Origin: Solirubrobacteraceae bacterium
GTDB lineage: Bacteria > Actinomycetota > Thermoleophilia > Solirubrobacterales > Solirubrobacteraceae
Assembly (NCBI GenBank): GCA_051005855.1
Contig: JBPCIY010000057.1
Location: 7,351-71,350 of the forward strand
Length of the DNA stretch: 64,000 nt
Direction: 5' to 3'
This document shows positions 38,898 through 48,540 of this stretch, piece after piece. The translations under genes were made by a program, and so were the position numbers. Position 1 is the stretch's first letter, and each line of letters starts with the position of its first letter. The notes below the pieces were generated by a model. That model was given only the letters and a program-made list of their open reading frames with translations, made no database searches and was not told the DNA's origin.

Positions 38898-39851
38898 ATG
38901 GCGAGTAGCGAAGCGATCGAACTCGAGATCGGTGAACGCACGGTGCGGATCTCGAGCCCGGATCGGGTCTACTTCTCGGCCCGCGGCGAGACCAAGCTCG
39001 ACCTGGCCCGCTATTACGCGAGCGTCGGTGACGGGATCGTCCGCGCCCTGCGCGAGCGGCCGTGCATGCTGCACCGCTTCCCCCGCGGCGTCGACGGCGA
39101 GAAGGTCCACCAGAAGCGCGTGCCGCCCGGGGCTCCGGACTGGCTGCAGACCGTCCGCGTGGACTTCCCGTCCGGCCGTCACGCCGACGAGCTGTGCGTG
39201 ACCGAGCTGGCCAGCGTGATCTGGGCGGTGCAGATGTCGACGGTCGAGTTTCATCCCTGGAACTCGAGGCGCGCCGACGTCGAGTGCCCGGACGAGTGGC
39301 GCATCGACATCGACCCGATGCCCGACTGTTCGTTTCCGCGCGTGTGCCGCGTCGCCGGCGTCGCTCGCGAGCTGCTCGACGAGCTCGGCGTGGCCGGCTT
39401 TCCCAAGACCTCGGGCGGCTCGGGCATCCACATCTACGTGCGGATCCAACCGCGCTGGGGCTTTGCCGATGTGCGCCGCGCCGCCCTGGCCTTCGCCCGC
39501 GAGGTGGAACGCCGCGCCCCCGCCGACGCGACTACCACCTGGTGGCGCAAGGACCGCGAGCCCGACAAGGCGTTCGTCGATTACAACCAGAACGCCCGCG
39601 ACCACACGATCGCCTGTGCCTACTCGGTCCGGGGGGTCAGTACGGGGACGGTCTCAACCCCGATCAGCTGGGACGAGCTCGCCGCCGTCGAGCCGCGCGA
39701 GCTGACGATCGCGACCGTCCCCGAGCGCTTTGCCCGCCTCGGCGACCTCCACGCCGCGATCGACGACACGGCGTTCTCGCTCGAGCCGCTGCTCGAATGG
39801 GCTGACCGTGACCAGCTCGAGGCGCCGGATCCGCCGGACCCGGCCGCCTAG
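38898..39851 (+). CDS. Stand-alone LigD-type polymerase/primase domain (Prim-Pol)
   Basis: [45 protein letters not shown]. Confidence 0.9.
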   Translation: MASSEAIELEIGERTVRISSPDRVYFSARGETKLDLARYYASVGDGIVRALRERPCMLHRFPRGVDGEKVHQKRVPPGAPDWLQTVRVDFPSGRHADELCVTELASVIWAVQMSTVEFHPWNSRRADVECPDEWRIDIDPMPDCSFPRVCRVAGVARELLDELGVAGFPKTSGGSGIHIYVRIQPRWGFADVRRAALAFAREVERRAPADATTTWWRKDREPDKAFVDYNQNARDHTIACAYSVRGVSTGTVSTPISWDELAAVEPRELTIATVPERFARLGDLHAAIDDTAFSLEPLLEWADRDQLEAPDPPDPAA

Positions 39852-39865
39852 ATGGTTGATTCCAT

Positions 39866-40327
39866 CTAGTCCGGGTCGGGCCAGAGGGCGCCGTCGGCGA
39901 CCGCGCCCTGCTCGATCTGTTCGAGCGTCTCGTCGGTCCGCCGGTCGGCGAGCATCGCCTCCAGCGCCCCGCCGATGGTCGGCGCCCACACCTGGCGCAT
40001 CACCGCCGGCGTGCCGCTCTCGTCCCGCAGCTCGGTCCACTCGAGCTTGACCCGGCCGGGCTCCGGGACGGAGCGGGGCTCGCGCTCGTCGGCCAGTTCG
40101 GCGTGCTCGAAGAGCATGATCTGAGCCCACCAGCCGTGGGGGCAGAGCTCACTCATCATCGCCCGGGCGTGGAGCTCGTCGTTCGCCGGCGCCGGCGACG
40201 AGCGTCGCCGTCCGCGCCAACCCCGCAGCGCCCGCCCGGCGCCAGGCACGATCCGCTCCAGCAACGCCACCAGCGCGACACCGGCGCAGACTCCGACGGC
40301 GAGCACAAGCAGCGGCTGGATGATCAC
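39866..40327 (-). CDS. Hypothetical protein with N-terminal TM
   Basis: Hydrophobic N-terminus, then ARAMMSELCPHGW...ALEAMLADRRTDETLEQIE; GC3-rich codons. Confidence 0.7.
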   Translation of the reverse strand: MIIQPLLVLAVGVCAGVALVALLERIVPGAGRALRGWRGRRRSSPAPANDELHARAMMSELCPHGWWAQIMLFEHAELADEREPRSVPEPGRVKLEWTELRDESGTPAVMRQVWAPTIGGALEAMLADRRTDETLEQIEQGAVADGALWPDPD

Positions 40328-40403
40328 TCAAATACGGTACCGCCTCGGGCTGGCCGGTGAAAGTCAGACCAGGCTCGAGTCTCGGCGGCTACGATGACCG
40401 GTT

Positions 40404-40871
40404 ATGGGCCACCGGGCCGGGGCCGGCGTTCGTCACCACGCAGCCAGTGCGGCGGCGGGTGGGCCGCTGCGGATCGTGGCCCTGGTGGAGCGCGGCCGTC
40501 GCGGCCAGCGGGTCCTGGCCGAGGTGCTCGAGCTCGCCCAAGCCGGCGCGGTTGAGGTGACGCTGATCGCGGTCGTCGCCCACGCCAACGGACGTGGCTG
40601 CGCGGTCTCGCCGGCGCCGCTGAACGCCGCCATCGACCAGGCCGCGACCGATGATCTGGACGCTGTCGCCCTGCGCCTGCCGCTCTCGATCCCCGTGGTC
40701 GACCGCCGGGTCATGCCCGAGGGAGGTGATCCTTCGCCGGCCGAATGGGTGTCCGCGAGCCATTTCGACGTCGTCCTGATGGCTGGCCGGCGACGGTGGC
40801 GTGCCTCCCGCGTGCTCGGCGTCGACTCTGGCTTGCCCGAGCTGGACGGGGGCGAAGTCCGCTCGGTCTGA
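40404..40871 (+). CDS. Hypothetical protein, universal-stress-protein-like
   Basis: RIVALVE...VLELAQ...VTLIAVV...FDVVLMAG pattern; start uncertain. Confidence 0.45.
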   Translation: MGHRAGAGVRHHAASAAAGGPLRIVALVERGRRGQRVLAEVLELAQAGAVEVTLIAVVAHANGRGCAVSPAPLNAAIDQAATDDLDAVALRLPLSIPVVDRRVMPEGGDPSPAEWVSASHFDVVLMAGRRRWRASRVLGVDSGLPELDGGEVRSV

Positions 40872-40913
40872 GCGCCAGTCAACCGGACTTCAGATACCAG
40901 CATCTGGTGTATC

Positions 40914-43838
40914 GTGGCCAACGTGGCCGTCGCGGCGAGCAGAGCCCAGTCAGCTGGATCCGCGCGGGGGCTGGCCCTGGCCGGCTTTGTCTTCCTGTGC
41001 GCGTGGGCATCGCTGGCCTCGGTGGCGCGCGCCGACGTACCGGCCGGCCTGCCGCGCGACATCCCGGCCGCGGCCAGCACCGCCGCGCCGGCGCTGCCCG
41101 AGCCCTCGAGCACGGCCTGGCCGTTTCCGAGCACCTTCCCCCAGACCTCCGGGACCGGACGACTGAACGGCGGCGCCTCGCTGTGGAGTGACTTCATCTA
41201 CGACGACTACGGCGCCTCGAGCCCGCAGGGCTTCACCACCTCGAGCTTTGCCCAGAGCTCGGGCTTGGCCGGACGTCAGGGTGGCTACGTGTTCCCGTCC
41301 GGGCCGGCCAGCAACAACGGGGCGGACATCTTCCGCGCCGGGGCGGGGCTCAAGGGCGGCTACAGCTACTGGCGGGTGGACTGGCTGACGCTCGCCTACC
41401 CGAGCGTGCCGATCGCCGAGTGGACGTTCGATACCGACAACAACGCCGCCACCGGAGCCTCCGCCTGGCCGGCCCTGGCCGGAGTCAGGTCGCCGGGGAT
41501 CGACCAGGCCCTCGTCGTCTCCAGTCACGGCGCCTGGCTGGTCAACCCGACCACGGGCCTGCGCACCGACGTCGTCGCCCACGGCGGCAAGCTGACCGTG
41601 GACCCGACCTCGAAGTCGTTCATCGTCGCCGTTCCGACGAGCCTGTTACCGGTCGGTGGCCGCTGGCGGGTGCGGCTCGCGGCTGGCCTGGCCGACGCGG
41701 CAGGTCAGAACTTCGCGCCACCCGACGTGGGTCAGAGCGGGATCACCTCGCCGAGCGCGGAGCGCGTCTACAACGTCACCTTCCGCACCGTGGCCCAGGA
41801 GCCACCCGTCTACACCGACGGGTCCAGCGACGCGCTGGTCGCGGCCAGCCAGACCGCGCTGGGCGCGAGCCCGATCGGCCAGGCGCTCGGCGCCGATGGA
41901 CTGGCTCGCTCGGTGACCGGCAACTTCTGGATGGAGGATGACCAGGCCGACACCCTGGCCGGCGGTGATGTCTCCAAGTTCTCCCTGCCCATCGACTGGT
42001 CCGCGCTCTCGGCCGCCCAGGCCACCCCGGAGGCCCAGCCGACCGGCTACAGCGCGCGCTGGTACGTGTCGCGCCTGCACCCCGGGGCCGGGCAGGTCAT
42101 CAATGACGGCAACGAGGGCAACTTCAAGCCCACCCTGCTCGAGCAGGTCCAGCCCTACTCGGTCTATGTCCCCACCACGTACCGCCCCGGCTCGGCAACG
42201 CCGCTGACCTGGATCCTGCACTCGCTGGAGGTCAACTACAACCAGTACGGGGCGCTGGACCCCCAGCTCATGCAGCAGCTCTGCCAGAACCGGAGCTCGA
42301 TCTGCGCCACCACCGAGGGCTTCGGCCCGGCCGGCTGGTACTTCAACCAGGCCGAGACCGACTTCTGGCAGGTATGGCGATCGCTGGCCGAGAGCTACAC
42401 CCTGAACCCCGAGCGAACCGTGATCTCCGGCTATTCGATGGGCGGCTGGGCCGCCTACAAGCTCGCCTTCGAGCACCCCGATGACTTCGCCGGCGCCCTG
42501 TCGCTGGACGGTCCGCTGGTCTGCGGCGTCGAGGCGTATCCGGGCGCCAGTGGCGCGGCGTCCTCGAGTGATCCGGGCTGTGCCCAAGATGGGCGCAGCG
42601 ACCCGCTGATCGCCAACGCGCGCTGGATTCCCTACGTGATCGACCAGACCTACGCCGACGAGCTGGTCCCCACGACCGGGGTCCTGGCCCAGGCCCAGCG
42701 CTTTGACAACCTCGGCCAGCGCTATGACCTCTTCATCCACACCGGCGGAGACCACCTCGCCTTCGCCATCGAGGATCGCTTCGGTGACGTGGTCAACGCG
42801 CTCGGCAACCCGGTGCGGACGACCAACCCGGGGGCCTTCACCTATGACTGGTATCCAAGCCTCAACAGCGCGACGCTCGGGATCGGCGCGACCGGCGACT
42901 ACTGGGTCTCGGGGCTGAGCGCGCGAGACAACGCCTACGGCAAGATCGCCTCGCTGGTCGCCACCGACTCAGCGCTGCCCGACCCGGCGGTGACCGTTCA
43001 GCGCACGGGAACCTCACTGGTCACCCAGCCGCTGCCCGGCACCGAGACCGCGCTGCGCTGGCAGCTGGGCGCGCGGCCGGCCGCCCATCCGGTGATGACC
43101 CTGAAGCTCGGCGACGTCTCGGCGCTGACCATCGACACCGCGGCGGCCAAGCTGCAGGCGGGGACGATCAAGGTCAGCTCGGACGGCCCCGGGCGCGTGA
43201 CCCTGGCCTCGCTGCCCCGCGGGACCGTGGTCCGGGTGAACGGCCGCCGGGTCGGCGTGGCCGGCGGCTCGGGTGGGTTCATGGTCAACGTCCCCTCGGG
43301 ACAGACCGTGATCGTGCTGATCCCGGGCACGAGCACAGCGGGCCGCAAGTTCTCGTGCGCGAAGCCCTCGGGCCGGCTGGCCGGACGATCATTGGGTCCG
43401 GTCCATCTGGGCATGACCCGCACCCAGACCCACCGCCGGTTCGCCCGCAGCTCGACCCGCGGTCGGCGCGACATGGACTTCTTCTGCCCGGCCCGCCGGG
43501 GGATCCGTGTCGGCTACGCGTCCCGCGCCTTGACCCGACAGCTGCCCTCGGCCCAGCGCCGCCGGGTCGCCGGGCGCGCGGTCCTGATCCTGAGCGCGAA
43601 CCGCCACTACGCGCTGCACGGAGTGCGCCCCGAAACGCCCCTGAACCGGGTGCGGCGCCGGCTGCACGTCGCCCGGGTCTTCCACGTCGGACGCAACTAC
43701 TGGTACCTGGTCGCCAACGGCTCCAGCCGCGGGGTGCTCAAGGTCCGCCGCGGTGTCATCCAGGAGGTCGGGATCGCCGACCGGCGCGTGACGCAGGGGC
43801 AGGCGGCCGGGCGGCGGTTCTTCCGCAGCTTCTTTTAG
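40914..43838 (+). CDS. Large secreted serine hydrolase (esterase/S9-like) with a basic C-terminal domain
   Basis: Signal peptide ending ARA-D; VYVP, WILHS, SGYSMGG, DELVP, GGDH. Confidence 0.75.
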   Translation: MANVAVAASRAQSAGSARGLALAGFVFLCAWASLASVARADVPAGLPRDIPAAASTAAPALPEPSSTAWPFPSTFPQTSGTGRLNGGASLWSDFIYDDYGASSPQGFTTSSFAQSSGLAGRQGGYVFPSGPASNNGADIFRAGAGLKGGYSYWRVDWLTLAYPSVPIAEWTFDTDNNAATGASAWPALAGVRSPGIDQALVVSSHGAWLVNPTTGLRTDVVAHGGKLTVDPTSKSFIVAVPTSLLPVGGRWRVRLAAGLADAAGQNFAPPDVGQSGITSPSAERVYNVTFRTVAQEPPVYTDGSSDALVAASQTALGASPIGQALGADGLARSVTGNFWMEDDQADTLAGGDVSKFSLPIDWSALSAAQATPEAQPTGYSARWYVSRLHPGAGQVINDGNEGNFKPTLLEQVQPYSVYVPTTYRPGSATPLTWILHSLEVNYNQYGALDPQLMQQLCQNRSSICATTEGFGPAGWYFNQAETDFWQVWRSLAESYTLNPERTVISGYSMGGWAAYKLAFEHPDDFAGALSLDGPLVCGVEAYPGASGAASSSDPGCAQDGRSDPLIANARWIPYVIDQTYADELVPTTGVLAQAQRFDNLGQRYDLFIHTGGDHLAFAIEDRFGDVVNALGNPVRTTNPGAFTYDWYPSLNSATLGIGATGDYWVSGLSARDNAYGKIASLVATDSALPDPAVTVQRTGTSLVTQPLPGTETALRWQLGARPAAHPVMTLKLGDVSALTIDTAAAKLQAGTIKVSSDGPGRVTLASLPRGTVVRVNGRRVGVAGGSGGFMVNVPSGQTVIVLIPGTSTAGRKFSCAKPSGRLAGRSLGPVHLGMTRTQTHRRFARSSTRGRRDMDFFCPARRGIRVGYASRALTRQLPSAQRRRVAGRAVLILSANRHYALHGVRPETPLNRVRRRLHVARVFHVGRNYWYLVANGSSRGVLKVRRGVIQEVGIADRRVTQGQAAGRRFFRSFF

Positions 43839-43850
43839 CCGCCGGCCATA

Positions 43851-44858
43851 TCAGCTGACCTCGAGCACCAGCTTGCCCAGGTTCTCGCCCCGGAACAGCC
43901 GCAGGAGCGTGTCCGGGAACTTATCGATCCCGCCGGTGGCGACGTCCTCGATGGTCTTGAGTTTGCCTGCCGCCAGCCACCCTCCCATCTCCTTGGCGCC
44001 CTCGGCGACCCGGTCGAGATAGTCAAAGATGACAAAGCCGGTCATGCTGGCGTGGTTGACCAACAGCGACATGTAGTTAGACGGACCCCGCATCCCGTCG
44101 GTGGCGTTGTACTGCGAGATCGCCCCGCAGATCACCACCCGCGCGTGGCGGGCCAGCAGCGCCAGCGCGGCATCGAGGATCTCACCGCCGACGTTGTCGA
44201 AGTAGACGTCGATCCCGTCCGGGCAGTGCTGGTGCAACGCCGCCATGACGTTCTCGGACTTGTAGTCGACGCAGGCGTCGAAGCCGAGCTCCTCCACCAC
44301 GTGCCGGCACTTGTCCGGGCCCCCGGCGATCCCGATCGCCCGACAGCCCTTGATCTTGGCCATCTGCCCGACCAGACCGCCGACCGCACCCGCCGCGCCC
44401 GAGACCACCACCGTCTCCCCCTCCTGGGGCTGGCCGATGTCAAACAGTCCGAAGTAGGCGGTCATGCCCGGCATCCCGAGCGTGTTCAGCCACACGGGCA
44501 GCGCTGCGACGTCGGGATCGACCTTCGTCAGCCCGTTGCCCTGGACGGTCGCGTACTCCTGGGCGCCGAGCATGCCGCTGACGTGGTCACCGGGGTTGAG
44601 CCCGTCGAAGTTGGAGACGACCACCTCGCCGGCCGCCCCGGCGCGCATCACGGCGCCGATCTCGACCGGGGCGATGTAGGAGCGCGCGTCGTTCATCCAG
44701 CCGCGCATGGCCGGATCCAGGGATACGTAATCGATCTTGACCACGACCTCGCCGTCACCAGGGTCGTTCACCGGCTCCTCGGTGAAGTCCCAGTCACTGT
44801 CCTTCGGGAGCCCGACCGGACGGGCGGCGAGCCGGATCTGGTGGTTGACAGTGTCCAA
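43851..44858 (-). CDS. NADP-dependent oxidoreductase (CurA/YncB/PTGR type)
   Basis: SLDPAMRGWM, LGMPGMTAYFG, VSGAAGAVG, YFDNVGG, CGAISQY. Confidence 0.93.
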   Translation of the reverse strand: MDTVNHQIRLAARPVGLPKDSDWDFTEEPVNDPGDGEVVVKIDYVSLDPAMRGWMNDARSYIAPVEIGAVMRAGAAGEVVVSNFDGLNPGDHVSGMLGAQEYATVQGNGLTKVDPDVAALPVWLNTLGMPGMTAYFGLFDIGQPQEGETVVVSGAAGAVGGLVGQMAKIKGCRAIGIAGGPDKCRHVVEELGFDACVDYKSENVMAALHQHCPDGIDVYFDNVGGEILDAALALLARHARVVICGAISQYNATDGMRGPSNYMSLLVNHASMTGFVIFDYLDRVAEGAKEMGGWLAAGKLKTIEDVATGGIDKFPDTLLRLFRGENLGKLVLEVS

Positions 44859-44994
44859 GGGGTTCCTCCCGACATGTGGATTGGCCAGCGAGACGCCGCG
44901 CCAGCCTAGCGTGCCTCGCCCGAGGCTCGGCTCTCAGTCCAGATGAAGGCCGCTCGGCTCAAGCCGGTGCCGGCCTCGCTCCGAAGCCTAAGAC

Positions 44995-46056
44995 ATGTCC
45001 CGCGTCACCCGGATCGCCTGTCTGACGGCAGTCCTGGCCTGCACCTGGGTTGGCCTGGCCCAAGCCGACGGTCCCGCCGGCGCCGATCCACACTCCAACT
45101 TCACGATCAGATTCCTGCCGGCCGCCTGCAACCTGCCCGCCTCGGCCGCCTGTGTGGGAGCGGCCCTGACTGACCTGGACGCCGCGCGCACCAACCTCGG
45201 GCAGCCTCCCTACCTGCTGCCGGCGAACTTCACCTCCCTGACGCCCGAGGAGCAGGGGTTCGTGCTGGCCAACCTGGACCGGATCCTCTACGGGCTGGCG
45301 CCGATCCCGGGGCTCACCGCCGGGCTGTCGCGGGACGCCGCGGCCGGCGCCCAGCGCGATACCGACCCCAAGCCCAGCGACGCGAGCTTCAACTACTACA
45401 CGTCCAACTGGGCCGGCGGCTTCGCCAACCTGCCCCTCGCCTACGAGGCATGGATGTACGACGACGGGGCCGGCAGCGGCAACCTGGACTGCACGAGCAG
45501 CAGTCCCGCCGGGTGCTGGGGCCACCGCCACGACATCCTCTGGCGCTTTGACGGCACCGACCCGCTGGCCATGGGCGTCGCGGTCGGCACCGACCCAGCC
45601 GGCTCACCCGGCTTCGCGATGTTGCTCGGCGAAGGCGATTCCGGGTACCGGCCGGCCTACACCTACACCTGGAGTCAGGCCGTCGCGGCCGGCGCCAACG
45701 GCGGGGCCAGCGGAGCACGGCCGGCGCCCCCCGGACCCGGTTCTGGCGGCCCAACGCCCACGCCGAGGCCGGCGACCACTCTCGCCTGGTCCAAGGGCAC
45801 TCCGACCGGCGGCGCCGCCGCGGTCACGATCCTCAGCATTCGCGTGTACCGACACCGCGTCTCGGTGCGCATGGCCGCGCCGACCATGCGCACCCTGCGC
45901 TGCGCGCTCGCGCGGCGTACGGCGCACGGCTGGCCCAGCGCTCGCTACCGGGCCTGCCCTCGGTCCACGGTCTTCGGCCACGTCAGGCGCGGGCGCTACC
46001 GCCTGCGCGTGCTGACCACGGCGGCCTGGGCCACCCGTTACCTGCGGGTCAGCTAA
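44995..46056 (+). CDS. Secreted CAP-domain-like protein
   Basis: Signal peptide AQA-D; NLDRILYGLAP, NWAGG, AWMYDDG, CWGHRHDIL; Pro linker and Arg-rich tail. Confidence 0.65.
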   Translation: MSRVTRIACLTAVLACTWVGLAQADGPAGADPHSNFTIRFLPAACNLPASAACVGAALTDLDAARTNLGQPPYLLPANFTSLTPEEQGFVLANLDRILYGLAPIPGLTAGLSRDAAAGAQRDTDPKPSDASFNYYTSNWAGGFANLPLAYEAWMYDDGAGSGNLDCTSSSPAGCWGHRHDILWRFDGTDPLAMGVAVGTDPAGSPGFAMLLGEGDSGYRPAYTYTWSQAVAAGANGGASGARPAPPGPGSGGPTPTPRPATTLAWSKGTPTGGAAAVTILSIRVYRHRVSVRMAAPTMRTLRCALARRTAHGWPSARYRACPRSTVFGHVRRGRYRLRVLTTAAWATRYLRVS

Positions 46057-46306
46057 CCGGCGACTCCGAAGGCACCGCGAGTCTGGCTTGGTCAGCAGCC
46101 TTCGCCTCCTGCTGGGCGAAGCGCCAAGCGGTCTCCGCGCGAGCGCATTCGCGCTCGAGCTCACGCAGGCGCCCCGGGCTCGTGGGACGCTCGCCGTAGG
46201 ACCGGGCCTTGTAGAGGTCATAGCGCTGGCGCGCGAAACGCGCCTGGACCTCGAGTTCGTTCAGGCGCTGGGCCGCCGCCCTACGTGACGCGGAGTCCTT
46301 AGTCAC
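46049..46306 (-). CDS. Small helical hypothetical protein
   Basis: GTG 46306 overlaps the upstream stop; ARFARQRYDLYKARSYG...RLRELERE. Confidence 0.65.
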   Translation of the reverse strand: MTKDSASRRAAAQRLNELEVQARFARQRYDLYKARSYGERPTSPGRLRELERECARAETAWRFAQQEAKAADQARLAVPSESPVS

Positions 46307-46538
46307 GGCCGAGGTCCAGCTGCGGACCCGTACCGTCCCAGGTGGGGAACGGGAGCGCGACCGCGATCGCCTCGGGAAGCGAATGCGGGTCGTCGAGCGG
46401 ATCAAACAACCGGTATCCGATCAGGCTGCCGGGACCGCTGACCGAGGCCGGCGGCAGGCCGCACTGGGGACACACGGTGATGTGAGCCGCGGAGCGAGGA
46501 AACCGCAGGTGGCAGCCTGGGCAGCAAAGACCGTTCAT
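46299..46538 (-). CDS. Small Zn-ribbon protein
   Basis: CPGC...CPQC. Confidence 0.6.
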   Translation of the reverse strand: MNGLCCPGCHLRFPRSAAHITVCPQCGLPPASVSGPGSLIGYRLFDPLDDPHSLPEAIAVALPFPTWDGTGPQLDLGRD

Positions 46539-46570
46539 GAGGAAGACTCCCGTGTTGCGGTGGCCATGGC

Positions 46571-46624
46571 CAACCGCCTCTCTGCCCCTCTGACATACAT
46601 GCCGCTCGGAAAGCGAGAAGGGCG
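46571..46624 (-). promoter_or_regulatory. Structured 5' leader element, copy A
   Basis: 42 of 50 nt identical to 48960-49009; ends in SD-like GAGAGG before ATG 46567. Confidence 0.6.
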
Positions 46625-46688
46625 CAGGGCTCGCGGAGCGTGTGTCAACCGTACCACTCCCATTTGCTGGGCCTTTTCGGCCCGGCGT

Positions 46689-46889
46689 TTAGTCGGCCAG
46701 GGCGCGGAGGAGCATCACGTGGTCGGGGTTGACGCCGAGCCTCTGACCGCTCTCGGCCTCGGTCACCCAGGCCAGCTCCATCAGCGAGCCACGAGCGGCA
46801 GACAGGATCGCCTTCTCGACCTCTTTGGCGTCGCCGGCCACGCGGAGTCGGTCTCCGCCGAGGAAGGTGATCTCGGTGAGCTGCGTCAA
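46689..46889 (-). CDS. Small hypothetical protein
   Basis: TEITFLGGDRLRVAGDAKEVEKAILSAARGS...GVNPDHV; GC3-rich codons. Confidence 0.65.
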   Translation of the reverse strand: MTQLTEITFLGGDRLRVAGDAKEVEKAILSAARGSLMELAWVTEAESGQRLGVNPDHVMLLRALAD

Positions 46890-46905
46890 GCTGCGGCGGG
46901 GGGGT

Positions 46906-47235
46906 TCACGCGTCGAACTCCGACACCGTATAGGCGCTGTCGGCCAGCAACTCGTTGCTGACGTCGGCCCCGAGCTCGCCCCGCTGGTGGCAGACCACGA
47001 ACGGCTGGTGAGGTCCCATGTCGAAGATCGCCATCACCAGGTCACCGCAGATCGGGTCGGGCTGGCCCACGGTGGTGACGCAGTCGACGCTGCCGCGGCG
47101 CGCCCACAGCTCGACGATCCGCCGCTGACGGGGGGGGCGGCCGAGCTGGCGTTCGAGCTGATTGCGCATCGCCTGGTAGGCGTCCCGCGTCGCCCGGGCC
47201 TGGTCGGCGTGGCCAGGAATGAAGAAAGCAGTCAA
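46906..47235 (-). CDS. Hypothetical protein
   Basis: MTAFFIPG...VGQPDPICGDLVMAIFDMG...YTVSEFD. Confidence 0.65.
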   Translation of the reverse strand: MTAFFIPGHADQARATRDAYQAMRNQLERQLGRPPRQRRIVELWARRGSVDCVTTVGQPDPICGDLVMAIFDMGPHQPFVVCHQRGELGADVSNELLADSAYTVSEFDA

Positions 47236-47254
47236 CTGATACCGGCCGAGCTAG

Positions 47255-47563
47255 CTAGAGGCCGCGTTCGCGAGCGTTCTTGCTCAAGGCGACAGCTAGC
47301 GCGGCGGGTTCGGTCCGCGCTTCGAGTTCTTCGATGCGCTTCTCGTGACGATGAGATTCGCGAAAGACGGCGTCCTGCAGCCCCTGGACCATCTGCTCCA
47401 ACTCCGCCACCCGCGCCTGGAGCGCCTGTACCTCGGCGGGCACCCGGCGGACGTCGGCGCCGGGACCAGAGTCCTCCGCCGCACTCGGCGCCGGCGGCGC
47501 GGGAAAGGTGCGGGCCATCTGCCGGATCCGCGCGGTGAGACCCTGGCGCCCCGAGAAGCTCAT
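47255..47563 (-). CDS. Small coiled-coil hypothetical protein
   Basis: LQARVAELEQMVQGLQD...RIEELEAR; ATGA overlap with the upstream gene (alternative start 47518). Confidence 0.65.
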   Translation of the reverse strand: MSFSGRQGLTARIRQMARTFPAPPAPSAAEDSGPGADVRRVPAEVQALQARVAELEQMVQGLQDAVFRESHRHEKRIEELEARTEPAALAVALSKNARERGL

Positions 47564-47841
47564 CGCCCTCCGAACCGCTTGGACCGGGGAGCGTTCTCGC
47601 GCGGCGGGTACAGAGCCCGCTCCTCGTCGGTCATCTGCCGGATCACCAGCGAGCCGGCCTTGACCTCTTCGCGGACGTTCTCGAGCTTTTCCTCGCGCTT
47701 GCGCTCGGCCCGCTCGCGGGCAGTTACCTGAGGCTTGCGCTTGGGGGCTTCGGCGGCGGGGGCGTCAGGCGAGGCGCCGTCGGAGGCGGCTTCGCTTGGT
47801 GCGGTGGACGCTTCCGGAGCGTCATCCGAGCCAGTGGGCAT
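47560..47841 (-). CDS. Small charged hypothetical protein
   Basis: SD GGGAG before ATG; ERAERKREEKLENVREEVKAGSLVIRQMTDEERALYPP. Confidence 0.7.
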   Translation of the reverse strand: MPTGSDDAPEASTAPSEAASDGASPDAPAAEAPKRKPQVTARERAERKREEKLENVREEVKAGSLVIRQMTDEERALYPPRENAPRSKRFGGR

Positions 47842-48129
47842 CCCGTCTCCCTTCCCTCGCCAGCGTGAGGTGTTCGCAGGCCCTCCGCGCCAAGCGCGAG
47901 AAGCCTCACGGGCAACATCACCCGTAGTTGGACGGTAGCAGTCTCACGGGGCACCGGCCCGGCCTCAAAAGCTTCGTGCCCGGGTCCGGCCCACCCCGTG
48001 AGCGCTGGCGCGCTATGCTTCTCTCGGTCGAGCATTCGCTCGGCTGAATTCGTAGTGCCCCGCGTCACCGCAGTCGTTGCTCTTCAGCTCCTCCGCGTTT
48101 CGCAGTGCACATAATCGGAGGAATGCCAC

Positions 48130-48333
48130 ATGGCAACAGGAACCGTGAAGTGGTTCAGCGACGAGAAGGGCTTTGGCTTCATCACTCCCGATGATTCCGG
48201 CAAGGATCTCTTCGTCCACCACAGCTCGATTCAAGGCAGCGGCTACAAGTCGCTGGCCGAAGGCGCGAAGGTCAGCTATGACGCCGAGCAGGGCCCCAAG
48301 GGTCCCGCCGCCGGCAACGTAGTGGCCCTCTAG
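48130..48333 (+). CDS. cspA: Cold-shock protein
   Basis: [15 protein letters not shown] (RNP1), LFVHHS (RNP2); SD GGAGG; leader of about 100 nt after TATGCT. Confidence 0.97.
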   Translation: MATGTVKWFSDEKGFGFITPDDSGKDLFVHHSSIQGSGYKSLAEGAKVSYDAEQGPKGPAAGNVVAL

Positions 48334-48345
48334 CCAGACTGACTG

Positions 48346-48380
48346 CGGCGGAGGGGACACTCCCCTCCGCCGTGTTTGTT
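48346..48380 (+). terminator. Intrinsic terminator after csp
   Basis: 12-bp stem CGGCGGAGGGGA-cac-TCCCCTCCGCCG followed by TGTTTGTT. Confidence 0.8.
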
Positions 48381-48540
48381 CGCGCTGTCGCGTCCACCGC
48401 TCCCGCGCGATAGCTTTCAAGGTGCGGCGAGGTAGTGACCGCACGCCAGCGCCTTAGCTCGGCCGGTCTTGGGCCCGCGCGCGCCCGTCACCGCCGCGCC
48501 CATCGCCCTCGCTGGCGACTCTCAACCCAGGAGGAACTGC

